Positions 24,837-34,119 of a DNA stretch of 64,000 nucleotides are shown here, in pieces. A model generated the notes under the pieces. The model saw nothing but the letters and a program-made list of their open reading frames with translations. It had not been told where the DNA came from and searched no databases. Position numbers and translations under genes: made by a program. Origin of the DNA: Clostridia bacterium (lineage in GTDB: Bacteria; Bacillota; Clostridia; Christensenellales; Maliibacteriaceae); contig JAFRLQ010000053.1 of assembly GCA_017431145.1 (NCBI GenBank), forward strand, positions 59,710 to 123,709, written 5' to 3'. Each line of letters begins with the position of its first letter. Position 1 is the stretch's first letter.

Positions 24837-25391
24837 TTATTCTCCTTTCGGCAAAATAGTTTCAGATTGTGTGATGACAGCATCCATATATATGTCATCC
24901 GCGTCCATCGGAACTGCATCCAGCAAACGCTCCTGGTAGCACAGGCATATAGTGCGCGTTTTATGCCGTGCAAGGAACCTGTCGTAGTATCCCGCACCGT
25001 GTCCGATCCTTGCGCCGTCCCTTGAAGCTGCCACGCACGGCACCAAAGCAAGGCTGATGTCCCCCGTCCACGACAGACTGTCCGGCGGTTCCGGGATCCC
25101 CAGCGCACCCGGCGTCAGTTCTTCAAGGTCTCTGATCCTGACTGCGATCATCTCTGTTTTGCTGACGCACTTGGGTACCAGCACAGTCTTTCCTTCTCTC
25201 AGACATTCCCCGATCAGGACACGCGTATCGGGTTCCCCCTGCATACTGACATAGATGAATACCGACCGGGCTTCCTTCATCCATGGATGCGTAAGGATCC
25301 GCTCCCGTATCTTCTTGTCCGCCGTGTCCGTATCTGCAGGGACTATTCCCCGCACCTTTGCGCGCAGCTGATCCTTCAGCACTTCACTCAT
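24837..25391 (-). CDS. 5-formyltetrahydrofolate cyclo-ligase
   Basis: 184 aa. ALGIPEP and GHGAGYYDRFL motifs. Confidence 0.8.
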   Translation of the reverse strand: MSEVLKDQLRAKVRGIVPADTDTADKKIRERILTHPWMKEARSVFIYVSMQGEPDTRVLIGECLREGKTVLVPKCVSKTEMIAVRIRDLEELTPGALGIPEPPDSLSWTGDISLALVPCVAASRDGARIGHGAGYYDRFLARHKTRTICLCYQERLLDAVPMDADDIYMDAVITQSETILPKGE

Positions 25392-26320
25392 CCCCCGAAC
25401 ACCGCCGAAAGCACCGGGATCGTGATGAGCAGCGAAAGCATCGTGATCACGGAAGTTGCGCTCGCGAGCTCGTCATCCGCGCCGTAGTTCTGCGCGATGA
25501 TCGTGCTCTGACTCATCAGCGGCATCGCTGCCTGCGCGATAAAGATCTGTCTCAGAAACGGATCGATCCGGAAAACCAGCGAAAACGCCACTGCGATCAG
25601 AGGAAGGACCGCGATCTTTCCCGCTGTCGCGATAAACGCTTCCCAGCGTCTCCAGATCCCTCTCTTCACGCCCCGCCAGATCACACCGCCCGCAATGATC
25701 ATCGCCATCGGTGTACCCGGGGCGCCGAGTTTGGACGCCGCCTGCAGGAGGAACTTCGGGATCGGCACGCGAAGAAACAGAAGCGCCAGCGAAACGATCA
25801 GTGTGATCAGCGCCGGAGAAAGCAGCGCTTTCAGAGATTGCAGAGAGAAAAGCGGCGCCTTGACGCCCGTATCCCGCCGTATCCCCCATGCGCCGAGGGT
25901 CCAGAACATCAGCGTATTGCCCAAAAAATAGAACAGCGCAGGCACAGATGCTGCCTCTCCAAACAGTGCCTGGTTTACAGGAAGTCCCACGAACACCGTA
26001 TTTGAAAACGCAAAACATACGGCAAACACGCCTCTGCTGGTCGCTTTGATCGGGAGGATCCGTGCCAGCAGCATACCGATCATCCAGCCCGTGAAAACTG
26101 TAAGAAGCGGGACAAGCAGCGCCGTGCCCGCCTCTTTCAGTATCTGAGGGTCAAAATACTGAAACACATTGGCAAACATCGTTGAGGGAATGCAGACGAT
26201 GAGTACGATCTTGGTCAGTTTTTTACTTGTCTTTTCGTCCAGAATCTCTGTCGCAGCAAGGACCACCCCTGCAGCGATCATGATCAGGAAGACCAAAAGC
26301 GTATTGATGCTGTTGCTCAC
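25388..26320 (-). CDS. AEC-family (auxin efflux carrier) transporter
   Basis: 310 aa with about 10 TM helices and AEC-like sequence. 4-nt overlap with the downstream gene. Confidence 0.75.
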   Translation of the reverse strand: MSNSINTLLVFLIMIAAGVVLAATEILDEKTSKKLTKIVLIVCIPSTMFANVFQYFDPQILKEAGTALLVPLLTVFTGWMIGMLLARILPIKATSRGVFAVCFAFSNTVFVGLPVNQALFGEAASVPALFYFLGNTLMFWTLGAWGIRRDTGVKAPLFSLQSLKALLSPALITLIVSLALLFLRVPIPKFLLQAASKLGAPGTPMAMIIAGGVIWRGVKRGIWRRWEAFIATAGKIAVLPLIAVAFSLVFRIDPFLRQIFIAQAAMPLMSQSTIIAQNYGADDELASATSVITMLSLLITIPVLSAVFGG

Positions 26321-26410
26321 ATTGCCACCTCGATTGAAAACTTTTTTTCAGTATAGCTTCTTTTCCGTTGAAAATCCACGGCTGCGCCGCCCCTTTCCCC
26401 TGTGTCCGCA

Positions 26411-26419
26411 TGGTATAAT
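26411..26419 (+). promoter_or_regulatory. Extended -10 element (TGgTATAAT) for the GH42 gene
   Basis: TGGTATAAT at 26411-26419, 46 nt upstream of the ATG at 26465. Confidence 0.45.
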
Positions 26420-26464
26420 GATTCCAAATAAGAACGGATTCCGGGATAAGGAGCGTGATCAAAC

Positions 26465-28471
26465 ATGCGTCAACTGCTTTTTGGATGTGCCTATTACGAC
26501 GAATATATGCCCTGTGAACGTCTTCAGGAAGATATGAAGATGATGAAGGATACGGGGATCAATACTATCCGCATTGCGGAGTCCACCTGGAGTACCTATG
26601 AACCGGTGCCCGGTGTCTTTGATTTCTCTCATGTCCTGCGCGTTCTGGACGCGGCGGAAACACACGGACTTCAGGTGATCGTCGGAACACCGACCTACGC
26701 GATCCCTTCCTGGATGGCGAAACGCCATCCGGACGTGCTGATCGACACCGTATCCGGAAGAAAGTTCTACGGAAAAAGACAGATCATGGACATCACGCAT
26801 CCTGTCTTCCGCTTCTACGCGGAGCGCATCATCCGCAAACTCATGGAAATCACGGCAAACCGCCTCTGTGTGGTCGGATTCCAGCTGGACAACGAGACCA
26901 AATACTACAACAACGTAAGCGCCAATGTGCAGGACGCTTTCATCAAACATCTGCGCGAGACGTTCCATGACGATCTGGACGCCATGAACCGCGCGTTCGG
27001 ACTGGATTACTGGAGCAACCGGATCGGCGCCTGGGAGGATTTCCCCGACGTGCGCGCCACGATCAATGGAAGCCTGGCTTCGGAATTTGACAAATTCCGC
27101 CGTACGCTGGTAGACGAGTATCTCGCATGGCAGGCGTCCATCGTCAATGAATACAGAAGAAAGGATCAGTTCGTCACACAGAACTTCGATCTGGAATGGC
27201 GCGGCTATTCCTTCGGCATCCAGCCGCAGGTCAATCATCTGCACGCCGCGCGCTGTCTGTCCGTCGCATCCGTGGATATCTACCATCCTTCGCAGGACAA
27301 ACTGACAGGCGCTGAGATCGCGTTTGGCGGCGATCTCACCCGTTCGCTGAAGAAAGACAATTATTACGTTATGGAAACGACCGCCCAGGGCTATCCGGGC
27401 TGGCTGCCCTACCGCGGGCAGCTGCGCCTGCAGGCATACAGCCATCTGGCGTCCGGTGCCGATTCTGTTCTTTACTGGCACTGGCACACGATCCACAACT
27501 CCTATGAGACCTACTGGAAGGGGATCCTGAGTCAGGATTTCGAAAAGAACGAGATCTATGAGGAGGCCGGACGGATCGGACATGAGTGGCAGAAGATCGG
27601 AAGCCGCCTGCTCCATCTGAAGAAACAGAACCGCGCCGCTGTCCTCGTCAGCAACGAGGCATATTCCGCGCTGGATCATTTCCGGATCGACGCTGTCTCC
27701 GGAAATCCGGGCAAAGCCGGTTACAACGACGTACTGCGCTGGATGTACGACGCGCTTTACAGGATGAATATCGAATGTGACATCATCTGGCCTGAAACAG
27801 AGGACCTTTCACAGTATGATCTCGTCATCGTCCCGGCGCTCTACAGCGTTTCCGAGGAAACCATCAGGCGGCTGCGCGACTATGTCGCACTGGGAGGCAC
27901 GCTGGTCGCTTCGTTCAAGACAGGTTTCTGCAATGAGTTTGTGAAAGTGTGGCCCGACCGGCAGCCGCACGGTCTGACAGACGTTTTCGGTATCTCCTAT
28001 TCCACCTTCACTTTTCCGGAAAACACAGGTCTGTCCAGCAGTCTGCTTCCGGCACAGGGTGAACGCGCTTCTCTGTTCATGGAATGCCTGAACGCAGACC
28101 GGGCAGAGGTTCTCGCCGGATACGATCACCCGAACTGGGGCAGATATGCCGCCGTCACCCGCAACAGGTTCGGGCGCGGCACCGCCTACTACATCGGCTG
28201 CATGACATCAGAGGCATTCCTTCAGGCGGTCTACCGTCTCGCGATCGACGGAACGGGGATCAAGCCGTGTACCGTCGAATGGCCGCTTGCCGTCAGACGC
28301 GGTACCAACCGCTACGGGAAAAAGATCACCTATCTTCTCAATTATTCCTGGGACAACAGAAACTACGTCCCGACGCACGACGCGGTAAGTCTTCTGGACG
28401 GAAAACAAATCACGGCAGGTGATACCGTCGCGGTAGGTCCATGGGACGTTGTGATTCTGGAAAGAAAATAA
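26465..28471 (+). CDS. Glycoside hydrolase family 42 beta-galactosidase
   Basis: 668 aa. GH42-like N-terminus (FGCAYYDEYMP...DMKMMKDTGINTIRIAESTWSTYEP) and QLDNE catalytic-acid context. Confidence 0.85.
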   Translation: MRQLLFGCAYYDEYMPCERLQEDMKMMKDTGINTIRIAESTWSTYEPVPGVFDFSHVLRVLDAAETHGLQVIVGTPTYAIPSWMAKRHPDVLIDTVSGRKFYGKRQIMDITHPVFRFYAERIIRKLMEITANRLCVVGFQLDNETKYYNNVSANVQDAFIKHLRETFHDDLDAMNRAFGLDYWSNRIGAWEDFPDVRATINGSLASEFDKFRRTLVDEYLAWQASIVNEYRRKDQFVTQNFDLEWRGYSFGIQPQVNHLHAARCLSVASVDIYHPSQDKLTGAEIAFGGDLTRSLKKDNYYVMETTAQGYPGWLPYRGQLRLQAYSHLASGADSVLYWHWHTIHNSYETYWKGILSQDFEKNEIYEEAGRIGHEWQKIGSRLLHLKKQNRAAVLVSNEAYSALDHFRIDAVSGNPGKAGYNDVLRWMYDALYRMNIECDIIWPETEDLSQYDLVIVPALYSVSEETIRRLRDYVALGGTLVASFKTGFCNEFVKVWPDRQPHGLTDVFGISYSTFTFPENTGLSSSLLPAQGERASLFMECLNADRAEVLAGYDHPNWGRYAAVTRNRFGRGTAYYIGCMTSEAFLQAVYRLAIDGTGIKPCTVEWPLAVRRGTNRYGKKITYLLNYSWDNRNYVPTHDAVSLLDGKQITAGDTVAVGPWDVVILERK

Positions 28472-28488
28472 TGACCATTCAGAACATC

Positions 28489-28513
28489 AAAAGCGGGAGA
28501 TCTGCCCGCTTTT
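28489..28513. terminator. Bidirectional intrinsic terminator (GH42 gene / rarA)
   Basis: AAAAGCGGG-agatctg-CCCGCTTTT with T-runs on both strands. Confidence 0.7.
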
Positions 28514-28520
28514 TTGTTTT

Positions 28521-29864
28521 TCAGCTATTCTTTTTTTCCGCCAGACTTCGCTGCTTTGCTTTCCAGTCCTTCACCTTGTTGAGTTTCTCCGCCAGTTGTT
28601 TCTCTTCACCCTGTTCTCCCGGTTCGTAATACACCGTCCCCTCCATCTTTTCGGGAAAGCACTGCATCGCCGTGACCTTTTCTTCAAAGTCATGCGCGTA
28701 CTGGTATCCTTCTCCGTAGTGCAGTTCCTCCATAAGAGACGTCGGCGCGTTCCGGATCTGGAGCGGCACCGGTTCGGCCAGTTGCTTCACAGCATCCGTC
28801 TTTGCGGTCTCATACGCAACATACGCCGAATTGGATTTCGGCGCCATCGAAAGATAGATCACCGTCTGCGCAAGATGCACGGAGCACTCCGGCATCCCGA
28901 GAAAATGACATGCCTGATACGCATTGACAGCCAGCGTCAGCGCCTTTTCATCCGCGAGGCCCACATCCTCGCTCGCGAACCGTACCAGTCTGCGCGCCAC
29001 ATACAGCGGGTCCTCTCCCGCTTCCAGCATACGCGCGAGCCAGTACACAGCCGCGTCCGGATCCGTATTTCGCATGGATTTGTGCAGTGCGGAGATAAGA
29101 TTGTAGTGCTCCTCTCCCTTTTTGTCATACAGAAGGGATTTCTGGGAAGTGCACTGCTCCATCGTTTCTTTCGTCACAGTTACGGAACCGTCGGCACCGT
29201 ATTCTCCGTTCAGGATCACCATCTCCAGCACAGACAGCGCGGTACGCGCATCTCCGTTGGCAAAGACCGCCAGTCCATGCAGCATGTCTTCTGTGATTGT
29301 CACGTTCATATTTCCGAATCCCCTGGGGTCTTCGATCGCGTGCTTCATGATCCGGACAAGGTCCTCTTCCTTCAGCGCATGCATAAGGAAGACCCGGCAG
29401 CGTGACAGAAGCGCGTTGTTGATCTCGAAAGACGGGTTTTCCGTGGTCGCGCCGATCAGAATGATGCTTCCTTTTTCTACAAAGGGAAGAAACGCATCCT
29501 GCTGCGCCTTGTTGAATCTGTGGATCTCGTCCACGAAAACGATCGTCCGGACCCCGAACTTCAGATTACTGTCCGCCTGCTGCATCACGGTGCGGATCTC
29601 CTTGATCCCGCTCGTGACCGCGGAAAAATCGATGAACTCGGCGCGCGTCTGTTTCGCGATGATCCTTGCCAGTGTCGTTTTCCCCACGCCCGGAGGTCCC
29701 CAGAAGATCATCGAACAGATCTGATCCTCTTCGATCATCCTCCGCAGCAGCCTGCCTTTTCCGGTCAGATGCTCCTGCCCGACGAACTCATCCAGCGTAA
29801 CCGGTCTGAGTTTCGCCGCCAGCGGCTCATTGACATGCTGTTCAAAAAACGTTGTCTGACTCAC
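28521..29864 (-). CDS. rarA: Replication-associated recombination protein A (AAA+ ATPase, MgsA/RarA)
   Basis: 447 aa. Walker A GPPGVGKTTLA and Walker B VFVDEIHRFNK. RarA-like C-terminus. Confidence 0.9.
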   Translation of the reverse strand: MSQTTFFEQHVNEPLAAKLRPVTLDEFVGQEHLTGKGRLLRRMIEEDQICSMIFWGPPGVGKTTLARIIAKQTRAEFIDFSAVTSGIKEIRTVMQQADSNLKFGVRTIVFVDEIHRFNKAQQDAFLPFVEKGSIILIGATTENPSFEINNALLSRCRVFLMHALKEEDLVRIMKHAIEDPRGFGNMNVTITEDMLHGLAVFANGDARTALSVLEMVILNGEYGADGSVTVTKETMEQCTSQKSLLYDKKGEEHYNLISALHKSMRNTDPDAAVYWLARMLEAGEDPLYVARRLVRFASEDVGLADEKALTLAVNAYQACHFLGMPECSVHLAQTVIYLSMAPKSNSAYVAYETAKTDAVKQLAEPVPLQIRNAPTSLMEELHYGEGYQYAHDFEEKVTAMQCFPEKMEGTVYYEPGEQGEEKQLAEKLNKVKDWKAKQRSLAEKKNS

Positions 29865-29887
29865 GGTAAAAACCTCTCTCAGTTAGG

Positions 29888-29910
29888 AAAAGCCCCTGTT
29901 CGGGGCTTTT
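29888..29910 (-). terminator. Intrinsic terminator downstream of rny
   Basis: AAAAGCCCC-tgttc-GGGGCTTTT. The minus-strand reading is followed by TTTTCC. Confidence 0.75.
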
Positions 29911-29921
29911 CGTCATGTCTC

Positions 29922-31496
29922 TTATTTGGCGTAGTCGACTGCTCTCGTCTCCCGTATGACATTGACTTTGATCTGTCCGGGATAATCCAGTTCCTCTTCG
30001 ATCTTCTTTGCGATATCGCGGGCCAGTACGACAGAGCCGGCGTCATCGACCATCTCAGGCTTGATGACAATACGTATCTCACGTCCTGCCTGAATGGCGA
30101 ATGATTTATCTACGCCGCGGAAGGAATTCGCGATCTCTTCCAGTTTCTCCAGTCTGCGGATGTAGTTCTCCAGCGTCTCACGGCGCGCGCCTGGCCTTGC
30201 GGCTGAGATCGCGTCGGCTGCCTGAACGAGCACTGCCTCCACGGTCCTGGGCTCGACGTCGTTGTGATGCGCCTCGATCGCGTGAACGATCTGCGCATTC
30301 TCACGGTAACGCTTTGCAAGATCCGCACCGATCTGTGCGTGCGGTCCCTCGATCTCATGATCGACCGCTTTGCCCAGGTCATGCAGCAGTCCCGCGCGTT
30401 TCGCCAGCTGGACATCCGCGCCGAGTTCCGCTGCCATGATCCCCGCAAGATGCGATACCTCGATGGAGTGCTTCAGCACGTTCTGCCCGTAGCTTGTACG
30501 GAACTTCATCCGTCCCAGAAGTCTGATGACTTCATGATGCAGGCCGTGTACGCCTGTTTCGAATACTGCGGATTCTCCCGCTTCCTGGATCTGCGCGTCC
30601 ACTTCCTTGCGCGCCTTGTTGACCATTTCCTCGATGCTGGTAGGATGGATCCTTCCGTCCATGACCAGTCTCTCCAGCGCGATCCTTGCCACTTCTCTTC
30701 TGACCGGATCGAATCCGGACAGGATGACCGCCTCAGGCGTATCGTCGATGATCAGATCGACTCCGGTCGCCGTCTCCAGCGCACGGATGTTTCTTCCCTC
30801 ACGGCCGATGATCCGTCCCTTCATGTCATCATTGGGCAGCGATACAACGGATACGGTACTTTCTGACACGTGATCCGCCGCGCACTTCTGAATGGCGAGC
30901 GATACGATGTTTCTCGCTCTTTTATCTGCTTCTTCCTTGGCGCGGCTCTCGATATCCCGGATCATGATCGCTGCGTCGTGCTTGACATCGTTTTCGATGT
31001 TCTCAAGCAGCAGGGCTTTTGCCTCATCCACCGTCATGCCCGAGATCCTTTCCAGCTGTACAAGTTCCTGATTGTGGAGTTCCTCCACTTCAGCCTGCAT
31101 GCGCTGGATCTGCTTCTGCTGACGTGCGATCGCTTCTTCTTTGGAATCGAGCTGTCCGGACTTTTTGTCCAGGCTCTCTTCGCGCTGATTCAGCCTGCGC
31201 TCCTGCGCTTTCAGTTCGCTCCTGCGCTCGCGCGCCTCGCGTTCCTGTTCGCTGCGCAGACGATGCACATCTTCACGCGCTTCAAGGATACTCTCTTTCT
31301 TCATCGTTTCCGCCTGCTGACGGGCATTGTCAATGATCTTCCTTGCGTTTTCCTCTGCCGAGCCAGTCCGCTTTGCCGCGATACTCTGACGGATGCGGTA
31401 ACCCGCAATAATACCCACGATCAGAGCCGCTGCTCCGATCAGTGCGGCCATCCAGCCGGTGATCCCGCCGCCTGCAAGAACGATATGGGAAAGCAT
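29922..31496 (-). CDS. rny: Ribonuclease Y
   Basis: N-terminal TM helix, coiled-coil, a KH domain ([15 protein letters not shown]) and an HD domain ([13 protein letters not shown]...LLHDLGK). The track start at 31511 is a GTG inside the RBS. The ATG at 31496 or the TTG at 31502 is more likely. Confidence 0.9.
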   Translation of the reverse strand: MLSHIVLAGGGITGWMAALIGAAALIVGIIAGYRIRQSIAAKRTGSAEENARKIIDNARQQAETMKKESILEAREDVHRLRSEQEREARERRSELKAQERRLNQREESLDKKSGQLDSKEEAIARQQKQIQRMQAEVEELHNQELVQLERISGMTVDEAKALLLENIENDVKHDAAIMIRDIESRAKEEADKRARNIVSLAIQKCAADHVSESTVSVVSLPNDDMKGRIIGREGRNIRALETATGVDLIIDDTPEAVILSGFDPVRREVARIALERLVMDGRIHPTSIEEMVNKARKEVDAQIQEAGESAVFETGVHGLHHEVIRLLGRMKFRTSYGQNVLKHSIEVSHLAGIMAAELGADVQLAKRAGLLHDLGKAVDHEIEGPHAQIGADLAKRYRENAQIVHAIEAHHNDVEPRTVEAVLVQAADAISAARPGARRETLENYIRRLEKLEEIANSFRGVDKSFAIQAGREIRIVIKPEMVDDAGSVVLARDIAKKIEEELDYPGQIKVNVIRETRAVDYAK

Positions 31497-31578
31497 CTGC
31501 AAATGTAACACCTCCTTCTTTCCTTTTTCTCCAAGTCGTTATTCATTTTTTCATCTGCCTAAACGTTTCCAATAAAAG

Positions 31579-31605
31579 AGGAATCGATGACTGAAACCGA
31601 TTCCT
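31579..31605 (-). terminator. Intrinsic terminator downstream of the 147-aa gene
   Basis: AGGAATCG-N11-CGATTCCT, followed on the minus strand by CTTTTATT. Confidence 0.6.
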
Positions 31606-31698
31606 TCTATATTTTTGCCGAGATACGAAGCGCAAATATGTATTCAAACGTTATAGCCATACATGGCTTAGTATAAAACATATGTACGTTTTGTCAAG

Positions 31699-32142
31699 TC
31701 ATGCTTCCTCCGGAGCCCAGGATTTCTGCAGTTCCTCGATGATCAGGAACCCGTCAGTTTTCACTGCGATCTGATACTGATCCTCATACACGATCTCGCC
31801 CGGCGAATTGGTGTAGACGAGATAATACGGATGATTGTATTTTTCCAGCAGCCAGAGCGCCGGACGGATCATCTTCATCATCTCTTCCGTGTTCTCTGTC
31901 TTGAACCAGCAGATGACAGGCTCCCTGCGCATGCACGGCTCGGGCCATGGAAGATGCTCCGCGAACCATCCGTCAATCTCTTTGAACAGTTCCGCGTCTT
32001 CCTCCTCCATCACATCATTCTGGACCATCTGCCAGCACATACTGAAAACACCCTTGGCATACATCGTGTTTTCCGCCAGTTCTTTCCCCTGTATCCGCGC
32101 ATATTTATACCTTGAGTTCATCCCCGGAATCCTCCCGTTCAT
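31699..32142 (-). CDS. Hypothetical cytoplasmic protein
   Basis: 147 aa with no recognisable family. Its ATG overlaps the stop of the upstream surface-protein gene (ATGA at 32139-32142). An alternative ATG at residue 8 has a GGGAGG RBS. Confidence 0.55.
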   Translation of the reverse strand: MNGRIPGMNSRYKYARIQGKELAENTMYAKGVFSMCWQMVQNDVMEEEDAELFKEIDGWFAEHLPWPEPCMRREPVICWFKTENTEEMMKMIRPALWLLEKYNHPYYLVYTNSPGEIVYEDQYQIAVKTDGFLIIEELQKSWAPEEA

Positions 32143-34055
32143 GCTGCTTTCTTCCTGCGTATCAGTATCAGGGCACAGCCCGCTGCCGCAGCTGCGATCA
32201 CCGCCGCAGCTCCGCCGCAGATCAGATAAAGCGGCATCCTGTAGCCCTTGACGGCAATATGCACCGTGCTTGCCGGCGTTTCCACAGCAGAGGGTCTGAA
32301 TACCGTTTCCGCTTTGATGAAAGAGCCGTATCCGGGCACTGCGAAGACATTCACTTCCCCTTTGCGGGGAACAGTGATCTGTGCCTTTTCAGCCAGGATA
32401 AAGCATGAAGGCGCGTACTGTGGAATATATGCCACAGCTGCTTCCACGGTTTCTCCCGTATCCGCCGCCAGCGCGATGCCGTTTTTCGCTTCTGACTTCA
32501 CGAAGCACTTCCGATCGGTCAGCGTGATATTCGCTGTTCCGAACAGGATTCCGTACGCCGTTCCTTCCTTGCCTGCACGCACTCTGGATTCCAGAACTGC
32601 GTCTGTAACGTTGAGTTCGCGTCCCACTGTCATGCCAAACGCTTCCGTCATTCCCCTGACGTCGAGTTTTGCTTTGCAGCCTTCCTCGAGCATAAAGAGT
32701 CCGCCGATCTGTACCGCGACCGTGTTCGCCGTTTTCGGCCCGTAGATTTTTACCTTCAGCACGCTTCCATTCATCAGGTCGACGGAATTTCCCGTCTCCC
32801 CTCCGAAGACACCGATCAGATTCCCCGTATACTCCTTCCTCGCGGGTCTGGCGGAAAGTTCGACATTGATGACTGCATTGTCCGCATTGATCGAACCCAG
32901 TCCGTTCAGCGAGATCCCGCTCAGCATGGCGATATACTGGTCTGTCGGAATGAAATTCTTCGGCACAGCCGTGCCTTTCACATTGAGCGTCGCGCCGTTG
33001 GCATAGATCGATCCCATAATGAACAGACTGTCCTTCACAGTCGGTCCCACAGAGACGCGTACGGGTTTTGAGTCTACATCCACGACGGCGCCGTCATACA
33101 TGCGCAGATCTCCGTCCGTATGGATCGCCGTTCCATGCGCGTTGATCGACGCGTGTGTTCCCTCATCGAAATACAGGGAATAGCATGTGATGCCGTCTGC
33201 GAAATCGTTCTTTCGCGGCCGGCCGGTAAAGTCAGACATAAACTCGATGTTCGCATCTGTATAGATATAGTTGCTTCCGCCTTTGATCACCAGCGGATCG
33301 CCGTCAAAAACGAGATTCGGATGATTCCCCTCACCTTTTGTTCCGAAGAACGCGTTGAACGTCACACCGCCGGAGTGGTAATCCGCGTCATAGTAGTTAT
33401 TGGTAATGACGCATTTCCCTTTCATGTGGAAATAGTACTCCAGATCCTCGCTGTTCCTGCGCATCAGAAACACACACAGGGCTGCTGATGTGCGGGGATC
33501 ACATACGAACCTGCCGTTGCTGAGCCTGACATTTTCAAACGTTATGTTCACGCCGTCGGGATCGAAGTACACCTTTCCTTTTCCAAGGCCTGCTCCCTTC
33601 AGATCAAGCTCGTCACCCGGCGTAAGCGCAAACTCGCCGATATAAAGGACCGTGATGTCCTCCGTCTTGTTCTTGTTGGTCAGTGTCGCCTCTTCCGTCG
33701 TCAGGACATTTCCCTTCCTGTCTTCCATGACACACCAGTATGTCAGCACTTCCTGTGAATCCTGTTCAATGGAAGGCACGATCAGCGTTTCCGTGTGCGC
33801 ACTGGAACCCTGAAGTTCAAAAATGTTGTATCCGTCTGAGAAATACCACTGATAGGATTTGATCTTCCCCGGCTTGTCCACTTCCACATGGAATTCCGCG
33901 CCGTTGGGGTAATTGACCTCCACACTCTGGGGCTGTGAAATGATCACGGGCGGCGCGTATGCCGCCGACGCCTTCTGCGGGATCAGGACCGCGCACACGA
34001 CCAGAAGCAGGATCCCGATTCCGAGGACCGCCATCTTTTTCAGTTCTCGTTTCAT
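32139..34055 (-). CDS. Secreted, C-terminally membrane-anchored surface protein with an N-terminal Ig-like domain and a probable beta-helix region
   Basis: 638 aa. Signal peptide MKRELKKMAVLGIGILLLVVCAVLIPQKASA. Ig-like module (PPVIISQPQSV...YQWYF...LTYWCVMED). C-terminal TM helix followed by RRKKAA. Confidence 0.7.
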   Translation of the reverse strand: MKRELKKMAVLGIGILLLVVCAVLIPQKASAAYAPPVIISQPQSVEVNYPNGAEFHVEVDKPGKIKSYQWYFSDGYNIFELQGSSAHTETLIVPSIEQDSQEVLTYWCVMEDRKGNVLTTEEATLTNKNKTEDITVLYIGEFALTPGDELDLKGAGLGKGKVYFDPDGVNITFENVRLSNGRFVCDPRTSAALCVFLMRRNSEDLEYYFHMKGKCVITNNYYDADYHSGGVTFNAFFGTKGEGNHPNLVFDGDPLVIKGGSNYIYTDANIEFMSDFTGRPRKNDFADGITCYSLYFDEGTHASINAHGTAIHTDGDLRMYDGAVVDVDSKPVRVSVGPTVKDSLFIMGSIYANGATLNVKGTAVPKNFIPTDQYIAMLSGISLNGLGSINADNAVINVELSARPARKEYTGNLIGVFGGETGNSVDLMNGSVLKVKIYGPKTANTVAVQIGGLFMLEEGCKAKLDVRGMTEAFGMTVGRELNVTDAVLESRVRAGKEGTAYGILFGTANITLTDRKCFVKSEAKNGIALAADTGETVEAAVAYIPQYAPSCFILAEKAQITVPRKGEVNVFAVPGYGSFIKAETVFRPSAVETPASTVHIAVKGYRMPLYLICGGAAAVIAAAAAGCALILIRRKKAA

Positions 34056-34086
34056 GCCTTTTCTCCTCCGCTGCTTTTTAATAAAA

Positions 34087-34110
34087 ACGCCCCGGCGTTT
34101 CCCGGGGCGT
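34087..34110 (-). terminator. Intrinsic terminator ending the STAS/MATE operon
   Basis: ACGCCCCGG-cgtttc-CCGGGGCGT, followed on the minus strand by TTTTTATT. Confidence 0.8.
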
Positions 34111-34119
34111 ATTTGGTTG

